Origin: Alphaproteobacteria bacterium
Lineage (GTDB): Bacteria > Pseudomonadota > Alphaproteobacteria > MPNO01 > UBA830
Direction of reading: 5' to 3'
Assembly: GCA_965243135.1 (NCBI GenBank)
Contig: OZ251539.1
Coordinates: forward strand, 1,632,001 to 1,696,000
DNA: 64,000 nt
Both the position numbers and the translations under genes were made by a program. The notes under the pieces were generated by a model. It saw nothing but the letters and a program-made list of their open reading frames with translations. It made no database searches and was not told the DNA's origin. Shown piece by piece: positions 10,701 to 21,684 of the stretch (positions are counted from its first letter, which is position 1; each line of letters starts with the position of its first letter).

Positions 10701-10933
10701 CATCGTCCCAGAATCTGCAGGAAACGTTCCTCAACCACGTGCGCAAGAACAGGACGCAGGTCACGGTTTTTCTCGTGAACGGCGTGAAACTGCTCGGGCA
10801 CATCACGTGGTTCGACAATTTTTGCATTCTCCTGCATCGCGACGGGCACTCGCAGCTCGTCTTCAAGCACGCGATTTCCACCATCATGCCCGCAGGGCCG
10901 ATTTCGCTTCGGGACGGCGACTCCGACGCGTGA
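10697..10933 (+). CDS. hfq: RNA chaperone Hfq
   Basis: [30 protein letters not shown]. Confidence 0.97.
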   Translation: MTSSQNLQETFLNHVRKNRTQVTVFLVNGVKLLGHITWFDNFCILLHRDGHSQLVFKHAISTIMPAGPISLRDGDSDA

Positions 10934-12207
10934 GTCGACCTGAGTTGGCTTCCGGCTCCCGGATCCGCGCCGTCGTCCTGCATCCCTGCGCGAAGTCGGG
11001 CGGGCGGGACGGGCGAGGGCCCGCGTCCAGGCTGGAGGAGGCGGTCGGCCTCGCCGCCGCGATCGACCTGGAGGTGGTCGCGAGCGAGATCGTGCCGATC
11101 GGGAAGATCAGCGCGGGCCGTTTTTTCGGGACCGGCGCGGCGGAGCGCCTGGGCGACCTCGTCGCGGCCCTCGGCGCGGAGGTGGTGAGCGTCGACGCGG
11201 CCCTGACGCCGGTCCAGCAGCGCAATCTGGAAACGGCGTGGAAGGCGAAGGTGATCGACCGAACCGGACTGATTCTCGAGATCTTCGGCGCCCGCGCGCG
11301 CACCCGGGAAGGCGCGTTGCAGGTCGAACTGGCCCATCTGACCTATCAACGAAGCCGGCTGGTGAGGACCTGGACCCATCTGGAGCGCCAGCGCGGCGGG
11401 TTCGGCTTCCTGGGCGGCCCGGGCGAGACCCAGATCGAGGCGGACCGGCGCGCGATCTCGGAGCGAATCGCCGGCATCCGCCGCCAACTCGAAGGCGTGA
11501 GGCGAACCCGGCAGCTTCACCGGGCCGGGCGCGCGCAATACCCGGTCGTCGCGCTCGTGGGCTACACGAACGCCGGCAAGTCGACGCTCTTCAACCGGCT
11601 GACGGGCGCCGCCGCGGAGGCGCGGGATCTGTTGTTCGCGACCCTGGATCCGGCCATGCGCGCGGCGAGCCTGCCGTCGGGCCGCCAGGCGATCCTGTCC
11701 GATACCGTCGGTTTCGTCTCGAATCTGCCGACGACGCTGATCGCCTCGTTCCGGGCGACGCTGGAGGAAGTGACCCGGGCCGACGTCGTGGTTCACGTGC
11801 GCGACGCCTCGCATCCCGACACGGCCGCTCAAAGGGAGGACGTGCATCGGGTGCTGGGGGAGCTCGGCGTGGCGCGAGGGGAGAACTACCTCGAAGTCCT
11901 CAACAAGATCGACGCGCTCGACGGCGACGTTCCGGCCGCCTGCGACCGCCGCGCGATCATGCTGTCGGCGCGGACCGGAGAAAACTGCGCCGCGCTCGCG
12001 GAGAGGCTCGACGCCCTTCTGGCCGCCGGCCGCGAGGTCGTGCGCGTCGAACTGGCCCAGGCCGACGGCGCGGCGATATCGTGGCTCTATCGAAACGCCG
12101 AGGTGCTGGAGCGCCGGGACAGGGGGGAGGCCGCGCATCTGGAGGTCGCGATTTCCGAGGCGGCGCTGGCCCGGTTCCGAAAAATTTTTCCCGGAGCCTT
12201 GAAATGA
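10930..12207 (+). CDS. hflX: GTPase HflX
   Basis: [37 protein letters not shown]; GTG overlapping hfq stop. Confidence 0.95.
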   Translation: MSRPELASGSRIRAVVLHPCAKSGGRDGRGPASRLEEAVGLAAAIDLEVVASEIVPIGKISAGRFFGTGAAERLGDLVAALGAEVVSVDAALTPVQQRNLETAWKAKVIDRTGLILEIFGARARTREGALQVELAHLTYQRSRLVRTWTHLERQRGGFGFLGGPGETQIEADRRAISERIAGIRRQLEGVRRTRQLHRAGRAQYPVVALVGYTNAGKSTLFNRLTGAAAEARDLLFATLDPAMRAASLPSGRQAILSDTVGFVSNLPTTLIASFRATLEEVTRADVVVHVRDASHPDTAAQREDVHRVLGELGVARGENYLEVLNKIDALDGDVPAACDRRAIMLSARTGENCAALAERLDALLAAGREVVRVELAQADGAAISWLYRNAEVLERRDRGEAAHLEVAISEAALARFRKIFPGALK

Positions 12208-12255
12208 ATTGCCGGACCGATTATCTTGTTGTCACTCACCGGCGGAGAGTGCTGG
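12198..12255 (+). promoter_or_regulatory. groES promoter (CTTGAA -35) and CIRCE-like HrcA operator
   Basis: TTGTCACTC-N9-GAGTGCTGG at 12229-12255 versus consensus TTAGCACTC-N9-GAGTGCTAA; CTTGAA at 12198-12203. Confidence 0.8.
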
Positions 12256-12297
12256 TAGAGACACGTGTTGGAACAAGAACGAACGGAGAGAGGGTCG

Positions 12298-14233
<1,936 letters not shown>

Positions 14234-14257
14234 GCCGGTCGTCCGGAAACCTACGAG

Positions 14258-14293
14258 AGACCGCCGCAGGCGAGCCTGCGGCGGTCTTTTTAT
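14258..14293 (+). terminator. Intrinsic terminator after groEL
   Basis: AGACCGCCGCAGG-CGAG-CCTGCGGCGGTCT perfect 13-bp stem followed by TTTTATT. Confidence 0.9.
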
Positions 14294-14303
14294 TATTGCA
14301 TTC

Positions 14304-15107
14304 ATGCCTGTCGTCGTTCCCGATTCGCACGCCGTCGAAGCGCTGATCCGCGAGGTCAGCGCGGCGGAGGTCATGCCGCGCTTCGTCAAACCGGGCGAGA
14401 GCTGGAAGAAGCGGGCCGGCTCGGTGGTCACCGAGGCCGACGTCGCGGCGGAAGCGTTCCTCGCCGCCGAACTGCCGGCACTGCTGCCGGGTTCCGCGGT
14501 CGTCGGCGAGGAGATGGCCGAAGGCGATCCGGCCGTTCTCGAACGGCTCGACGACGACGCGCCCGTCTGGGTGATCGACCCGGTGGACGGAACGTCGAAT
14601 TTCGCCCGGGGAAACCCGGACTTCGCGGTGATGGTCGGGCTCGTCGCGCGGCGCGAGACGGTGGCCGGCTGGATCTACCGGCCGGTCGAGGACGCGATGT
14701 ACGCGGCCGAGGCCGGGGCAGGGGCCTACAGGAACGGCGAGCGGCTCGCCGTCGCGCCCGCGCCGACGGACTTCCGCGAACTCGAAGGATCGCTCGGCGG
14801 CTTTCTGAGAAGGCGCACCGACCTGCCCGAACGTTTCGCTCGCGTCACCGCCACCCAATCCATCGGCGTCGACTATTGCGCGCTTGCGGACGGCGCCATT
14901 CACTTCGCGCATTACCGGGGCGTCTCGGCGTGGGATCATGCGCCGGGCTTTCTGTTGCATGCGGAGGCCGGGGGAGTCGGCCGTTGTCTCGATGGTTCGG
15001 CCTATCGCATCGGGTTGCCGCAGGAGGGCGGGCTGCTGCTGGCGCCGGACGAAGCGACATGGGAGAAGCTGCGGGAACCGATCGCCGCGGCGCTCCCGAA
15101 GGCGTAA
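14304..15107 (+). CDS. Inositol monophosphatase family protein
   Basis: VTEAD, GEE, WVIDPVDGTSNF, WDHAPG motifs. Confidence 0.92.
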   Translation: MPVVVPDSHAVEALIREVSAAEVMPRFVKPGESWKKRAGSVVTEADVAAEAFLAAELPALLPGSAVVGEEMAEGDPAVLERLDDDAPVWVIDPVDGTSNFARGNPDFAVMVGLVARRETVAGWIYRPVEDAMYAAEAGAGAYRNGERLAVAPAPTDFRELEGSLGGFLRRRTDLPERFARVTATQSIGVDYCALADGAIHFAHYRGVSAWDHAPGFLLHAEAGGVGRCLDGSAYRIGLPQEGGLLLAPDEATWEKLREPIAAALPKA

Positions 15108-15173
15108 ACGGCGGGCGGCTCGCGCCGCGAGAGGGACGGACGAAAAAATTTCGCGCGGCGCAGACGTTTCTTC

Positions 15174-15227
15174 TTGAACATTTCCAAAACATGCCATATG
15201 TTCGACTTCGACGTTCGACTTACGTTT
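15174..15227 (+). promoter_or_regulatory. Putative sigma70 promoter with two LexA-box-like motifs
   Basis: TTGAAC-N17-TATGTT (15174-15202); GAAC-N7-AAAC (15176-15190) and GTTC-N7-GTTT (15213-15227). Confidence 0.5.
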
Positions 15228-15286
15228 TGGCATTTCGGAAGCCTCGGGCGCTCCGTCGGCCGGGCCCCGGGGAGAGGAGAGAAACA

Positions 15287-16354
15287 ATGAGCAACCATGC
15301 CGCATACATGCAGCTGTTCGACCATCCGCGGGCGCCCCGAGATCTGCTCCGCGGCTTCGTGCCGAAGAAACCGTTCCGCACTGTCCATTTCGATACCCTG
15401 CAACCGGTGCCGACGGTATTCGCGGGCCCCGAACCGGACCAGCGGCGCAGCGTCAATGTCTGGCGCGTTCGCGTTCGCCTAGACAAACGGGATCATTGGC
15501 TCTACCTCGTCGTTCTGCTGGAGTTCCAGTCCGCGGTCGATCGCGACACGACGTATCGGATGCTGCTCTATAGCTTGCTGATACACGCGAAACTGACGCG
15601 CGAGGATCCGTCGCGATACCACGGGAAAATGCCGCTGGTGCTGCCGGTTGCCGTCCACGACGGGCAGGCGGTGCGAAATATGGACGGGCTGCTTACCGAC
15701 ATGGTCGACGAGTTCCTTCGGCCTTATCAGCCGCAGCAACATCTCATTCCGATCGACCTTCGCCAAGCGGTCGAGAAGCCGCTGCTGGACAACGTTTTGT
15801 ATGCGGCGACGTTGATCGAGCGGGGCAGGTGGGCGGAGTTGTCGCCGACGCTCTCGAAGCTCGAAGAGACGACCGACCCGGTGGCCGACGCGGATCTTCG
15901 TCGTCGGGTCGCGGAGTTGGCCCGGCAGGCGGCGGACGGCGGACGGGCGCCGGACGAGGTGCTGACGAAACTGAAGGCGCACCAGGCGGCAGGGGAACTG
16001 GGAGCGATGGGATCGTTGTTGGCCGAACGGATGGACCAGGCTGTCGACGAGAGCGGCGCCAGGAGTCCGGGCGAAGCGCAAGGATTCGACGACCCGGCCA
16101 ATCAGGCCGCGCTCAGTACGCTGGGCATGCACTTTCGGCGCGAGACGTTGTTGAGCGACGCGGCGGTGAAGTACAACGTGGAGACGGCCACGCGCCTCGA
16201 GGCGATGCTGGCGCCTATCGACGACCCTGAATTTTTTCGAGGGCTCGCCGACTTCGTGCGAATCAGCGGCGATGTCGACGAATTGCTGTCCCTCGTAACG
16301 GAAGATATCGAACGGCGCCTCGGCGCGCCTCGGCGCCCGGTTCCGGCGGCGTAG
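15287..16354 (+). CDS. Rpn/YhgA-like recombination-promoting nuclease family protein (catalytic motif apparently degenerate)
   Basis: RBS GAGGAG; LFDHPRAPRDLLRGFV, VWRV, WLYLVVLLEFQSAVD, RMLLY, PLVLPVAVHDG and helical C-terminal domain match the Rpn pattern. Confidence 0.8.
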   Translation: MSNHAAYMQLFDHPRAPRDLLRGFVPKKPFRTVHFDTLQPVPTVFAGPEPDQRRSVNVWRVRVRLDKRDHWLYLVVLLEFQSAVDRDTTYRMLLYSLLIHAKLTREDPSRYHGKMPLVLPVAVHDGQAVRNMDGLLTDMVDEFLRPYQPQQHLIPIDLRQAVEKPLLDNVLYAATLIERGRWAELSPTLSKLEETTDPVADADLRRRVAELARQAADGGRAPDEVLTKLKAHQAAGELGAMGSLLAERMDQAVDESGARSPGEAQGFDDPANQAALSTLGMHFRRETLLSDAAVKYNVETATRLEAMLAPIDDPEFFRGLADFVRISGDVDELLSLVTEDIERRLGAPRRPVPAA

Positions 16355-16375
16355 CGGCGAGGCGCCGGAACCGGG
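16336..16375 (+). terminator. Inverted repeat spanning the Rpn stop codon
   Basis: CCCGGTTCCGGCG...CGCCGGAACCGGG 13-bp stem; no U-tract directly after it. Confidence 0.35.
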
Positions 16376-16452
16376 AGGACGCGGGCCGCGGGTCGGCGAC
16401 CTGCGAGCGGTAGAAAAAAAGCGGCGCGCGAACGCCTCGACGGTCCGAAGTC

Positions 16453-16481
16453 TTGAAACTCCGGCGGCTCCGAAATACACT
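16453..16481 (+). promoter_or_regulatory. Putative sigma70 promoter of the oxidoreductase gene
   Basis: TTGAAA-N17-TACACT. Confidence 0.45.
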
Positions 16482-16592
16482 CCGGAATCGCAAAGCCTTG
16501 TCTCCAGGGTCGGCGATTCTTCGTTCGCATCGCTCCGAACGCGAGGGCCGGGGAGACGGCGAAATCTGAACAACGGGCGGCAGGAAGCGATT

Positions 16593-17462
16593 ATGGTCGA
16601 CAGGAGAGGGGCTTTCGTCGGCCTCGGCGTGATGGGATATCCGATGGCTGGCCATCTCGCGAAGAACGGCTGCGGGATGACGGTCTACAACCGCACGGCG
16701 TCGAAGGCGGACCGGTGGGCGCGGGAATATGGCGGAAACGCTCGACCGACGCCGGCGGAAGCGGCTCGCGGGGCGGATTACGTCATGACCTGCGTCGGCA
16801 ACGACGCCGATTTGCGCGACGTGGTATTGGGCGAGACCGGAGCCTTCGCCGGGATGAAGGAAGGCGCGGTTCTGATCGATCATACGACGACATCGGCAGC
16901 CGTTGCGCGGGAACTGGCCGAAGCGGCGAACGAACGCGGGCTTGGCTTTCTCGACGCGCCGGTTTCCGGAGGGCAGGCGGGAGCCGAAAACGGCGCGCTC
17001 ACCATCATGGTGGGCGGCGACGAAGCGATCTTCGAGGCCGCGGGTCCGATTTTGCAGTGCTACGGCAAAACCGTCGTTCGGATGGGCGAAGCCGGCGCGG
17101 GCCAACTCACCAAGATGGTCAACCAGATCTGCATCGCCGGGTTGCTGCAAGGACTCGCCGAAGGCCTCAATTTCGCCGTCAAGGCCGGGGTCGATCCGGT
17201 TCGCGCGGCCGAAGTCATGTCGGGGGGCGCCGCGCAGTCGTGGCAGATGGACAATCGGGCCGCCACCATGGCGGCCGGCGAGTTCGACTTCGGCTTTGCC
17301 GTCGAGTGGATGCGCAAGGATCTCGGCATCTGCCTCGACGAGGCGCGCCGCAACGGAGCGCGCCTGCCGGTCGCCGCGCTGGTGGACCAGTTCTACGCGG
17401 CGGTGCAGGCGAGGGGAGGCGGCCGTTTCGACACCTCGAGCCTCATTCTGAACCTGGGATAG
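16593..17462 (+). CDS. NAD(P)-dependent oxidoreductase, 3-hydroxyisobutyrate dehydrogenase family
   Basis: FVGLGVMGYPMA, DAPVSGG, KMVNQ, WMRKDLG. Confidence 0.93.
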   Translation: MVDRRGAFVGLGVMGYPMAGHLAKNGCGMTVYNRTASKADRWAREYGGNARPTPAEAARGADYVMTCVGNDADLRDVVLGETGAFAGMKEGAVLIDHTTTSAAVARELAEAANERGLGFLDAPVSGGQAGAENGALTIMVGGDEAIFEAAGPILQCYGKTVVRMGEAGAGQLTKMVNQICIAGLLQGLAEGLNFAVKAGVDPVRAAEVMSGGAAQSWQMDNRAATMAAGEFDFGFAVEWMRKDLGICLDEARRNGARLPVAALVDQFYAAVQARGGGRFDTSSLILNLG

Positions 17463-18264
17463 TTTCCTTCTTCGCCTGCCGCCACAGCCTGTCCAGTTCC
17501 TCAGGATCCGTCCCGGCGAGAGTTTTGCCGTCTTCCGCGAGGCCGCTCTCGACGCTGCGCAGGCGGCGTTCGAACTTGGCGTTGGCCTCCCGAAGCGCGA
17601 CTTCGGCGTCGACCTCCAGATGCCGCGCCAGATTCACGCAGGCGAATAGCAGGTCTCCGGCTTCGTCGCGGAGCCGTTCGGGCGTCCCGCCGTTCGCGAT
17701 TTCGGCTTCGAGTTCCCCGAGCTCTTCGCGGATCTTGGCGACGACCGGCCCCAGGTCGCGCCAGTCGAAACCCGCGAGCGAGGCGCGGCGCTGCAGTTTC
17801 TGGGCCCGCATGAGCGCCGGCAGCGCCAGCGCGACGCCGTCGAGGACGCCGGACCGCCCGTCGGCGCGGGCGGCGCGTTCCGCCGCCTTGCGGGCTTCCC
17901 ATGAGCCGGGTTCGGCGTCGCCGAAGACGTGCGGATGGCGGTCCCGCATCTTGTCGGCGATGCGGCGCGCGATGTCGGCGAACTCGAAGCCGCCGCGTTC
18001 GCGCGACATCTGCGCGTAGAACACGATCTGGAACAAGAGATCGCCGAGCTCGTCCTCGAGATGGTCCATGTCGCCGCGTTCGATCGCGTCCGCGACCTCG
18101 TACGCTTCTTCGATGGTGTAGGGGGCGATGGTGTCGAAGGTCTGTTCGCGGTCCCACGGGCAACCGGTCGCCGGATCGCGCAGTCGGGCTATGACGTCGA
18201 GCAGGTCCTGGAGAGCGGACGGCGCGGCGGCGGGCGCAGGTTCAGGGGGATCCGATTGTCGCAT
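17443..18264 (-). CDS. mazG: Nucleoside triphosphate pyrophosphohydrolase MazG
   Basis: GCPWDREQT, EEAYEVAD, DELGDLL, RHPHVF, second EELGE/EAGDLL domain. Confidence 0.95.
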   Translation of the reverse strand: MRQSDPPEPAPAAAPSALQDLLDVIARLRDPATGCPWDREQTFDTIAPYTIEEAYEVADAIERGDMDHLEDELGDLLFQIVFYAQMSRERGGFEFADIARRIADKMRDRHPHVFGDAEPGSWEARKAAERAARADGRSGVLDGVALALPALMRAQKLQRRASLAGFDWRDLGPVVAKIREELGELEAEIANGGTPERLRDEAGDLLFACVNLARHLEVDAEVALREANAKFERRLRSVESGLAEDGKTLAGTDPEELDRLWRQAKKETIPGSE

Positions 18265-18272
18265 AATGCATA

Positions 18273-19094
18273 TTATGGATTATTATTGGGGGATCGGGAA
18301 ACGGAGCCGGCGGAGCCTTCGTTCGGTCGCTTCGCCTTGTCGAACAACCGAAAGAAGTTGTTCGTCGTAACCTCTGAAATATAATCCTTTTCGACGTTCC
18401 TGATCTCCGCGATCCGATCCGCGACATGCGTCACGAACGACGGCTCGTTTCGTTTTCCGCGATTGGGAACCGGCGCGAGAAACGGCGAATCCGTCTCGAC
18501 CAGCAGCCGTTCCATCGGGAGGTCGGCAACGATGTCGCGCAGTTCCTGGGCGTTCCGGAACGTGACGATGCCCGAAATCGAGATGTGGAACCCGAGGGCC
18601 AGCGCGCGTTGCGCCAGTTCGCGGCTCGACGAAAAGCAATGAAGAACGCCCGGAAAGGCGCCCTTTTCCGCTTCGTCCTCGAGAATCGCCGCCATGTCGC
18701 CGTCCGACTCGCGATTGTGGACGATCAGCGGCAACCCGGTCCGGCGCGCCGCCGCGATATGGGCGCGGAAACTTCGTTGCTGTACGTCGCGCGGGCTGTT
18801 GTCGTAGTGGTAGTCGAGCCCGGTCTCGCCGATGCCGACGACCTTCGGATGGTCGGCCGCGGCGACGAGGCCGGTCACCGGTTGCTCTTCCGCCGCATGA
18901 TGGGGATGAACGCCGGCCGAACACCATACGGACGGCTCGCTATCCGCGACCGCGAGCACCTCGTCGAACCGGCTCAGCCGCGTGCAGATCGTAACCATCG
19001 TTCCGACGCCCGCCGCGTGGGCGCGGCGAACGGCGTCGAAACGGTCTTCCTCGAACGCCTCGAATTCGAGATGGCAGTGGCTGTCGACGAGCAT
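18273..19094 (-). CDS. tatD: TatD family nuclease
   Basis: VDSHCHL, GVHPH, GETGLDY, VLHCF, ETDSPFLAP. Confidence 0.94.
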   Translation of the reverse strand: MLVDSHCHLEFEAFEEDRFDAVRRAHAAGVGTMVTICTRLSRFDEVLAVADSEPSVWCSAGVHPHHAAEEQPVTGLVAAADHPKVVGIGETGLDYHYDNSPRDVQQRSFRAHIAAARRTGLPLIVHNRESDGDMAAILEDEAEKGAFPGVLHCFSSSRELAQRALALGFHISISGIVTFRNAQELRDIVADLPMERLLVETDSPFLAPVPNRGKRNEPSFVTHVADRIAEIRNVEKDYISEVTTNNFFRLFDKAKRPNEGSAGSVSRSPNNNP

Positions 19095-20632
19095 CAGGCC
19101 GCGCTCTCGTCGAAGCGCGGGAAAACAGGCGTGGGCTTCGGCAACGGCGTTCCCGGCGCGAGCGCGTCGCCGATGGCCGAAAAATCGCGGGCGCCGGGGT
19201 CGACGCCGAGTTGATCGAGTATCTTGGCCGCGGAGTCCGGCACGAAGGGCTGGAGGTACAGCCCGAGACGGCGAATGGCTTCCGCCAGAACGTAGAGCGC
19301 GGCATCGCGTCGCTTCGGATCTTCCTTGTGAAGGCGCCATGGAGCCTGCCGGTCGACATAGGTGTTGGCCGCCTTGACCAGCGTCCAGATGCGCTCGAGG
19401 GCTTCGTGCAGCGCCTGAACGTCCATTTGCCTGCGAACGGCGTCGAGCGTGGCCTTCGCCTGTTCGAGCAAGGCCTCGTCTTCCGATGTCCGGTCGCCGG
19501 GGGCCGGCACCCGGCCGTCGCAATAGCGTCCAATCATGGACAGGACGCGCTGAACCAGATTGCCGAGGTCGTTCGCCAGGTCGCCGTTGATGCGGTTCAA
19601 CACGGATTTGTGCGAGAAATCGCCGTCGTTGCCGAACGGCACCTCGCGCAGAAGGAAGTAGCGAACCTGGTCGAGGCCGTAGGTCTCCACGATCTTGCGG
19701 GGATCGATGACGTTGCCGAGGGACTTCGAGATCTTCTGGCCCTCGTTGGTCCACCAGCCGTGGGCGAAGACCCGCTTCGGCGGCTGCAGCCCCGCCCCCA
19801 TCAGGAAGGCTGGCCAATAGACGGCGTGAAAGCGAAGAATGTCCTTGCCCACCATGTGAAGGCTGGCCGGCCAGTATCGACCGTAGGTTTCCGCCTCCGT
19901 GTCAGGGTAGTCGACGGCGGTGATGTAGTTGGTCAGCGCGTCCAGCCAGACATAGATGATGTGGCCGGCGCCGCCCGGGACCGGAATGCCCCATCCGAAA
20001 CTGGTTCGAGACACCGAAAGGTCCTGCAGCCCGCCCTTCACGAAGCTGACGACTTCGTTGCGCCGCGACGCCGGCGCGACGAAGTCGGGATTCTCGTCGT
20101 AGAATTCGAGAAGCCGCTCCTGCCACTTGGAAAGGTCGAAGAAGTAGCTCGGTTCCTCGACCCACTCGCATTCGGCTCCGGACGGCGCGACCTTCGCCCC
20201 GCCCTCGCCTTCGGTCAGCTCGCTCTCCGCGTAGAACGCCTCGTCGCGCACGGCGTACCAGCCGGCGTAAGTGCCCAGATAGATGTGTCCGTTGCGTTCG
20301 AGCGCGCTCCAGATCTCCTGGCTGGCGCGCGCGTGGCGTGCCTCCGTCGTGCGGATGAACGCATCGTTGCTGTAGTTCATGAAGGAGGCCAGATCGCGGA
20401 AATTCCGCGAAACTTCGTCCGTGAAATCGCGGGGATCCATGCCGGCGGCGGCGGCGGATTTCTCGACCTTCTGGCCGTGCTCGTCGGTGCCCGTAAGGAA
20501 GAAGACGTCGTAACCGTCGAGCCGCTTGAAGCGGGCGAGAACGTCGCAGGCCAGCGTCGTGTAGGCATGGCCGATATGCGGCGCGTCGTTCACGTAATAG
20601 ATCGGCGTCGTGATGTAGTAGGCTTCAGGCAT
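19094..20632 (-). CDS. metG: Methionyl-tRNA synthetase
   Basis: YITTPIYYVN, HIGH, GTDEHG, KISKS. Confidence 0.97.
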   Translation of the reverse strand: MPEAYYITTPIYYVNDAPHIGHAYTTLACDVLARFKRLDGYDVFFLTGTDEHGQKVEKSAAAAGMDPRDFTDEVSRNFRDLASFMNYSNDAFIRTTEARHARASQEIWSALERNGHIYLGTYAGWYAVRDEAFYAESELTEGEGGAKVAPSGAECEWVEEPSYFFDLSKWQERLLEFYDENPDFVAPASRRNEVVSFVKGGLQDLSVSRTSFGWGIPVPGGAGHIIYVWLDALTNYITAVDYPDTEAETYGRYWPASLHMVGKDILRFHAVYWPAFLMGAGLQPPKRVFAHGWWTNEGQKISKSLGNVIDPRKIVETYGLDQVRYFLLREVPFGNDGDFSHKSVLNRINGDLANDLGNLVQRVLSMIGRYCDGRVPAPGDRTSEDEALLEQAKATLDAVRRQMDVQALHEALERIWTLVKAANTYVDRQAPWRLHKEDPKRRDAALYVLAEAIRRLGLYLQPFVPDSAAKILDQLGVDPGARDFSAIGDALAPGTPLPKPTPVFPRFDESAA

Positions 20633-20649
20633 CGTTCCGGGAGCGTGCG

Positions 20650-21684
20650 TCAACCCGCCGCCGCCTCGATGGCGCCGAGCGCGTCGAGCATCACCTGCTT
20701 CCTGTCGAGGTTGACCGCGTCCGCACGGGCGAACAGGCGTGTCGTCTTTTCCCACACATCGAGCCAACGATCAACACTCGCTCTCGCGCGCAGCCGCTCC
20801 AGGCGCTCGCGGTCTTCGCGGCCGTATCCCTTCAGATAGGCGCCGCGAGCGCCCGCGCTCACGAACCCGGCCAGGATGCGGGCCGTCAGGTCCACTGCGG
20901 TTCTCCATGCGTCGTCGGCGCGGGCGAAGCGGTCGGCGAACGCATGGGCCGCCGCCGCGTCCAGTCGGGGAAGGCCGGCGAGAATAGCCATGAGTTCCCC
21001 ATGCACCGCCAGCCCGTCGTTGTCGGCGAGCGCGAGCGCGCGTCCGACGCTTCCGTCCGACAGCCCCGTCAGGCGCTCGCGATCGGCCTCGCCGATCTCC
21101 GGCCGCCAGGCCGTCAGCAATTGATCGACCGTTTCGGCGGACAGCGGCGCCAGCCGCAACTTGCAGCATCGGGAATGAATGGTCGGCAGCAACCGTCCCG
21201 GCGCATGCGAAACCAGCAATATCAACGACCTTTCAGGAGGTTCTTCAAGCAATTTAAGAAGGGCGTTGGCGGCGTTGACGTTCATTTCCTCGGCGCCGTC
21301 GACGATCAGGACGCGCCATTCCCCCTCCCCCGCCGTCAGCATCATGGATTGGCCGGCGGCTCGGACCGCGTCCACGGGAATGACCGACTGCATTCGCTTG
21401 CCGTCGTCGGCAAGTCCGCGTTCGACGACATGCAGATCCACATGGCCGCCGCTGGCCACGCGCCGCGCGACCGGATGATCGGCCGGCACCGCCAAATCGG
21501 CCGTTGCGCCGCCCGCAAGAACGAACCGCGCGAATCGAAAGGCCAACGTCGCCTTGCCGATCCCCCTCGGACCCGAGATCAGCCAGCCATGCGGCAACCG
21601 AGCGCTTTTCCAGGCGTCGAGCAGGCGCGTTTCGGCGTCTTCGTGGCCGACCAGCTGCGCGTTTTCCCTGGGTTCGCCGGTCAT
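20650..21684 (-). CDS. holB: DNA polymerase III delta' subunit
   Basis: GPRGIGKAT, AANALLKLLEEPP, LLPTIHSRC; follows tmk. Confidence 0.93.
   Translation of the reverse strand: MTGEPRENAQLVGHEDAETRLLDAWKSARLPHGWLISGPRGIGKATLAFRFARFVLAGGATADLAVPADHPVARRVASGGHVDLHVVERGLADDGKRMQSVIPVDAVRAAGQSMMLTAGEGEWRVLIVDGAEEMNVNAANALLKLLEEPPERSLILLVSHAPGRLLPTIHSRCCKLRLAPLSAETVDQLLTAWRPEIGEADRERLTGLSDGSVGRALALADNDGLAVHGELMAILAGLPRLDAAAAHAFADRFARADDAWRTAVDLTARILAGFVSAGARGAYLKGYGREDRERLERLRARASVDRWLDVWEKTTRLFARADAVNLDRKQVMLDALGAIEAAAG

Noticed and set aside
15108-16592. Rpn gene as an insertion sequence
   Set aside because: No terminal inverted repeats or target-site duplication seen, and Rpn proteins are not demonstrated transposases
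17443-19094. mazG-tatD as an anti-phage system
   Set aside because: Housekeeping two-domain MazG and TatD in the conserved tmk-holB-metG operon
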